DNA of 10,542 bases from a virus: UHGV virus genome UHGV-0077157; one strand, 5' to 3'. The translations under genes and the position numbers were made by a program. Below, piece after piece: positions 7,343 through 10,542 of this stretch. The notes beneath the pieces were generated by a model. That model worked only from the letters and a program-made list of their open reading frames with translations. It had not been told where the DNA came from and made no database searches. How positions within the stretch are numbered: the stretch's first letter is position 1; each line of letters opens with the position of its first letter.

Positions 7343-7701
7343 GGGCGCACCTCCCATTGATTACGGCAGAAAGCGGTAAGATTCAGGCTGTTCTCTGCCT
7401 CATGGAATGCTTCAATGCAGCTCTCGTAGTACCGCATTGTGCGCAGACTTAACCCAAGCTGAAGCATCATCAGGCCATCAAGGGTGATGTAATAACCACG
7501 CAGGGAATCGCCATACACGTGGTAAGTACCCGGTATGAAATTACGGGAGAAGAATTCACGCGAGCAGTTCAGATACTCGATTTTGTCGACGATATTCTGA
7601 TGCATGCGCTTGAAGTGGCAGGCAACATGCAGGGAGAAAATAACGGCCTTGCCGTTGACAACTTCAATTTTCAGGTATGGGGAAGTTGGGACTGTAGCCA
7701 T
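7339..7701 (-). CDS. Hypothetical protein (120 aa); the same frame stays open up to 8001 (220 aa)
   Basis: Perfect AAGGAGG 8 nt upstream of ATG 7701 and an ATGA overlap at the 3' end. The in-frame upstream 100 codons have coding-like codon usage in part but the ATG at 8001 has no RBS and overlaps the proposed antisense-RNA promoter. Confidence 0.5.
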   Translation of the reverse strand: MATVPTSPYLKIEVVNGKAVIFSLHVACHFKRMHQNIVDKIEYLNCSREFFSRNFIPGTYHVYGDSLRGYYITLDGLMMLQLGLSLRTMRYYESCIEAFHEAENSLNLTAFCRNQWEVRP

Positions 7702-7988
7702 GATGGCAGCCTCCTTGAGCAGTGAAAAACTTCCACCACCGGAGCTGCGAAACTCATGGGTGGTGAACTGAACAGGGTTCGCAGTACCGGCGCTCAAGGA
7801 AACCGGCGAGCCTTTCGGCTCCCCTGCCCAGCCCACCATAATTCTGGCGTGCGCGAGCATGAACGATAAAAAAGACGCTGGCGCGTCGTATATCGCCTCG
7901 AGCAATTCCGGGCTGCGACCCCCGGCACCCGCTTTATAAGGTGCGGAGACAGTGTAACGTCCCGAAATTGCAGAATCAATATTTGGTC

Positions 7989-8111
7989 TTGAAATGATCA
8001 TATAGCTGCTGATATCTTTAGAACTGTTCTTGGATGTTTCGGAACCGTTTTATGCGAAACAGCTCCCCGTTATTGATGTTGAGTGAGCCGGGTTACTCCC
8101 GGCTTTTTTTT
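7989..8111 (+). ncRNA. Candidate oop-like small antisense RNA (promoter + about 85-nt transcript + terminator)
   Basis: Plus-strand TTGAAA (7989-7994), 18-bp spacer, TATCTT (8013-8018), then the terminator at 8083-8111. Predicted transcript about 85 nt, convergent with the minus-strand early operon, as for lambda oop next to cII. Confidence 0.3.
8083..8111 (+). terminator. Strong plus-strand rho-independent terminator abutting the Rha gene 3' end
   Basis: GAGCCGGG-TTACT-CCCGGC hairpin followed by 8 consecutive T (8104-8111). In the minus orientation the hairpin is followed by TCACTCAAC, so it is unidirectional. Confidence 0.6.
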
Positions 8112-8818
8112 CACCGCTGCCAACCAATAACCTGAAATAACCCCATTTTCGGGTGATACCAGCGAGTCCCTCGCGGTTCTGCTTCCTCCATAACCCGATA
8201 AAAAGCAGCCATAAACGGTTCCACAGCAACAATTGCGCGACGTGACAACAATCCGTCCGGCGTCATGAACTCATGGGTGTCTGTAGGAATCTGATAGGCG
8301 TTCACCAGATTGCGGCATTTATCATCTGACAAACCGGTTTTTGCTTTCAGTTGGCGATATCCGGCATAGCCCTCACGAATAGTGCCCTTTTTAATTTGCT
8401 CGACTGTTTCAGCAACGTGGCTGACTTTTTCTTCCACCTGAGTGATCCGTTTCTGCTGACGAACTGCTTCAAGAGCCATCGCGGCAACCATTTCGATTTC
8501 GCTCATTGGCTTACGGATCTGTTCTTCCAGTTCGCGCCAGCGATCTACCAGGCGAGCAGTGAATTCAGGACAGAGCTGTGCGACGACAATGATGCTGTCG
8601 CGCTTACCTTGTTCTCCTTCAAACAGGTAATGCTCATATTGAACTTTAAAACCTAAGTTATTGATTCTTTCGGAAACCTCAATTTGAGGAGACCGGACAA
8701 CGCCACCTTTGGCTAATGTTTCAATAGTGCGTTTCACATTGTCATGACGTTTACCCACCAGCTCTGCAATTTCAACGCTGGTCATGGATACTTTGCCGTT
8801 AAAAATTGCGATGTTCAT
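8111..8818 (-). CDS. Rha-family phage regulatory protein (antirepressor-like)
   Basis: 235 aa. N-terminal MTSVEIAELVGKRHDNVKRTIETL matches the Rha domain signature (s.eIAeL.GKrH.nVlRdI). Occupies the cII-like position after Cro; ATGA overlap with the Cro-like stop. Confidence 0.8.
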   Translation of the reverse strand: MNIAIFNGKVSMTSVEIAELVGKRHDNVKRTIETLAKGGVVRSPQIEVSERINNLGFKVQYEHYLFEGEQGKRDSIIVVAQLCPEFTARLVDRWRELEEQIRKPMSEIEMVAAMALEAVRQQKRITQVEEKVSHVAETVEQIKKGTIREGYAGYRQLKAKTGLSDDKCRNLVNAYQIPTDTHEFMTPDGLLSRRAIVAVEPFMAAFYRVMEEAEPRGTRWYHPKMGLFQVIGWQR

Positions 8819-9105
8819 TGTTTATCTCCTGCGTGTATTCCATCCGCTCTGTGTGGTGAACTTGGATTTAGGCTTTTGCGTAACAAGTTAGGAATTCCAT
8901 CTTCAGGGTGAGGATAAAGATCTGGCCTTAAGCCATGAGGCGTAACCTTCCATGCAACTACTTCACATACTCGTAAAACGAAACGAGCAGGAATTGTGCT
9001 TTTTGAAAACCACTGATTCACCGCTTGCGGCGTCACACCAAGATTTCGCGCTATGGCATTTTGCGCAATTAATGCACGAAGTTTGTCGTAATCATTTCCT
9101 TCCAT
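8815..9105 (-). CDS. Cro-like (YdaS-type) HTH transcriptional regulator
   Basis: 96-aa ORF transcribed divergently from the CI-like repressor. HTH segment AIARNLGVTPQAVNQW. First gene of the minus-strand operon. Confidence 0.7.
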   Translation of the reverse strand: MEGNDYDKLRALIAQNAIARNLGVTPQAVNQWFSKSTIPARFVLRVCEVVAWKVTPHGLRPDLYPHPEDGIPNLLRKSLNPSSPHRADGIHAGDKQ

Positions 9106-9238
9106 AACAAAGCACCAATATTAACTTTATAAATCAAGAATACATCAAGTTTAAATTAACATGCAAGTTACAAAAGGATCGAATACACTAAAATCAAGTA
9201 AAGATTTATCCTTGTAAAGAAACCCACAGGATTTGGTC
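9106..9238. promoter_or_regulatory. Divergent immunity promoter/operator region (PR/PRM-like) between the Cro-like and cI-like genes
   Basis: 133-bp AT-rich intergenic region between divergent repressor genes. Contains three direct copies of A(A/C)ATCAAG (9131-9138, 9142-9149, 9201-9208) and TAATAT/TATAAA-like hexamers on the minus strand. Individual promoters could not be placed unambiguously. Confidence 0.5.
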
Positions 9239-9928
9239 ATGAAGAACGTCAAAAACACGGAAAATCGAATAGCCGCGATGCTGAAAGCAAAAGGATGGAC
9301 TCAGGCTCAACTGGCCCGCAAGTTAGGTGTGAGTGCGCAATCAGTGCAGTACTGGACAACAGGAAAAACATTTCCACGGAGTGATAAGCTCGCGCATTTA
9401 TCAGAGATTAGCGGTTATCCACAATCCTGGTTCTTAGGTGAAGACTCCTCACCAACCTTTTCCTCGCAAGAGAAACACCAGACAAGAACAGATAGCGTCG
9501 TGTTTAATGTCCTTGATGTTGAGTTTAGTTGCGGTGATGGAACTCATGTCCGTGGTGACTTGATAGATGTAGTGCGCTCAATAGAACTTGATCCTGAATA
9601 TGCCCGACGTCTTGTTGGAAATCGGGCATTCAAAAATATAGAAATAGGTAACGCCAGAGGAGACAGTATGGCTCCCACAATCTCACCTGGCGACCTTCTT
9701 TTTCTTGATAAGACAGTAACTTATTTTGATGGCGATGGTATTTATGCATTTTGTTTTGATGGAGAATGCTACGTGAAAAGGCTTCAAAAAATTGGAAGCA
9801 AAATCATGGTGTTATCTGATAACCCCAATTATCAACCATGGAGCATCGAAAAAGAGGGGTTAGCTCTGCTTTATATCCAGTCTAAAGTGATCTCATCAGT
9901 ACCATTCAACATAAACAGATTTGGTTAG
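9239..9928 (+). CDS. CI-like prophage repressor (N-terminal HTH + C-terminal S24 LexA-like peptidase domain)
   Basis: N-terminal HTH (WTQAQLARKLGVSAQSVQYW) and C-terminal autocleavage domain with GDSMAPTISPGDLLFLD (catalytic Ser) and a downstream Lys (CYVKRL). Start taken as ATG 9239 (AGGA 7 nt upstream); the ORF track begins at TTG 9233. Confidence 0.9.
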   Translation: MKNVKNTENRIAAMLKAKGWTQAQLARKLGVSAQSVQYWTTGKTFPRSDKLAHLSEISGYPQSWFLGEDSSPTFSSQEKHQTRTDSVVFNVLDVEFSCGDGTHVRGDLIDVVRSIELDPEYARRLVGNRAFKNIEIGNARGDSMAPTISPGDLLFLDKTVTYFDGDGIYAFCFDGECYVKRLQKIGSKIMVLSDNPNYQPWSIEKEGLALLYIQSKVISSVPFNINRFG

Positions 9929-9937
9929 TCTTTGATT

Positions 9938-9961
9938 TTAACGGGCTTTGCCCGTTTTTTT
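9938..9961 (+). terminator. Rho-independent terminator after the cI-like gene
   Basis: ACGGGC-TTT-GCCCGT hairpin (9941-9955) followed by a T7 run, 12 nt after the cI stop. Confidence 0.6.
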
Positions 9962-9979
9962 CTGCCTGAAATATACGAT

Positions 9980-10046
9980 ATCAATTTTTTCTTGACAGGC
10001 TATTTCCCAAAACATAATATCGCACCATCAATTATAACTTGATTTG
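9980..10046 (+). promoter_or_regulatory. Near-consensus sigma70 promoter flanked by two 17-bp near-palindromic operator-like sites
   Basis: -35 TTGACA (9992-9997), 17-bp spacer, -10 TAATAT (10015-10020). Sites ATCAATTTTTTCTTGAC (9980-9996, overlapping -35) and ATCAATTATAACTTGAT (10027-10043, over the predicted +1) share ATCAATT-n4-CTTGAy. Drives the ORF at 10074. Confidence 0.6.
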
Positions 10047-10073
10047 ATTCAATTTAAAATTGTTGGTGGATAT

Positions 10074-10493
10074 ATGAAGACACTAAAAGCAACTCCAGAA
10101 ACAACTAATTTTATCAACTGCGGCTGTGTTACGCTTAAGGGCTTAGAACTTGATTCCTTTGCATTAAATATTGCAAATTTGCTAAGTGCTGTACGCACAT
10201 TCCATCTTCTGGATTGTGCTCGCTCAAAGGAACTGGGCATTGAGGTAATGGAATTTATCCATGAATATGCTCTATCTGCTGCTTCTCCTGCGCAACAAAA
10301 ACAATCCTTCCCTGAAAGCTGGCTGGTTAACCTTCGCACCCAACGCGAAGCCTGCGGCTTAACAACCGCCGAACTCGCCAGGCTGCTCGATCTCGATGAA
10401 GAAATTATCATCCAGTGGGAGAGCGGAGAGTATGAACCAACTATCAGTATGCTTATCCCACTGGCAAATATTCTTGGCTGCGATGCGAGGTGA
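10074..10493 (+). CDS. Protein with uncharacterised N-terminal domain and C-terminal XRE-type HTH (140 aa)
   Basis: Start at ATG 10074 with GGTGGA RBS. C-terminal HTH LRTQREACGLTTAELARLLDLDEEIIIQWESGEYEPTISMLIPLANILG. N-terminal 85 aa has no recognised motif. First gene downstream of the operator-flanked promoter, in the position lambda gives to N. Confidence 0.6.
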   Translation: MKTLKATPETTNFINCGCVTLKGLELDSFALNIANLLSAVRTFHLLDCARSKELGIEVMEFIHEYALSAASPAQQKQSFPESWLVNLRTQREACGLTTAELARLLDLDEEIIIQWESGEYEPTISMLIPLANILGCDAR

Positions 10494-10542
10494 TGCTGCC
10501 AACTTACTGATTTAGTGTATGATGGTGTTTTTGAGGTGCTCC

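Noticed and set aside
7519-7979. Plus-strand ORF 7519..7725 and Arg-rich minus-strand ORF 7794..7979
   Set aside because: The first is antisense to the RBS-supported gene 7339..7701; the second is an out-of-frame Arg-rich ORF typical of GC-rich shadow frames.
8083-8111. Hairpin as the minus-strand terminator of the Rha gene
   Set aside because: On the minus strand the hairpin is preceded by the A-tract and followed by TCACTCAAC with no U-run, so it works as a plus-strand terminator only.
10049-10411. Minus-strand Ser-rich 120-aa ORF
   Set aside because: Antisense to the promoter-driven HTH gene, low-complexity, and would be transcribed against a strong plus-strand promoter.
10074-10493. N-like antiterminator
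   Set aside because: The protein is not Arg-rich and has a clear C-terminal XRE-type HTH, unlike lambda N family proteins.

Overview
This window reads as the central part of a lambdoid (lambda/Rac-like) enterobacterial prophage, annotated from sequence alone with no database searches. A CI-type repressor (9239..9928, +) faces a Cro-like gene across a 130-bp operator/promoter region. From there a tightly packed minus-strand early operon runs leftward, with most genes joined by ATGA/GTGA/TTGA stop-start overlaps: Cro-like, Rha-family regulator, two small unknown ORFs, an O-like replication initiator carrying internal iteron-like repeats, a DnaC-like loader, a DnaB-like helicase, a small coiled-coil ORF, a DUF968/HNH-like protein, RusA, and a Q-like protein. 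Past the Q-like gene is a strong minus-strand intrinsic terminator (tR'-like), then a small winged-helix gene with its own terminator, then a beta-class DNA methyltransferase where lambdoid phages usually carry late-operon cargo. On the plus strand there is a convergent terminator abutting the Rha 3' end (oop-like antisense RNA candidate), a terminator after cI, and a near-consensus promoter flanked by two 17-bp near-palindromes driving an unusual C-terminal-HTH protein. The candidates for something undescribed are that HTH gene, the winged-helix + methyltransferase cargo, and the ambiguous 7702..8001 segment; none can be assigned a function from sequence alone.
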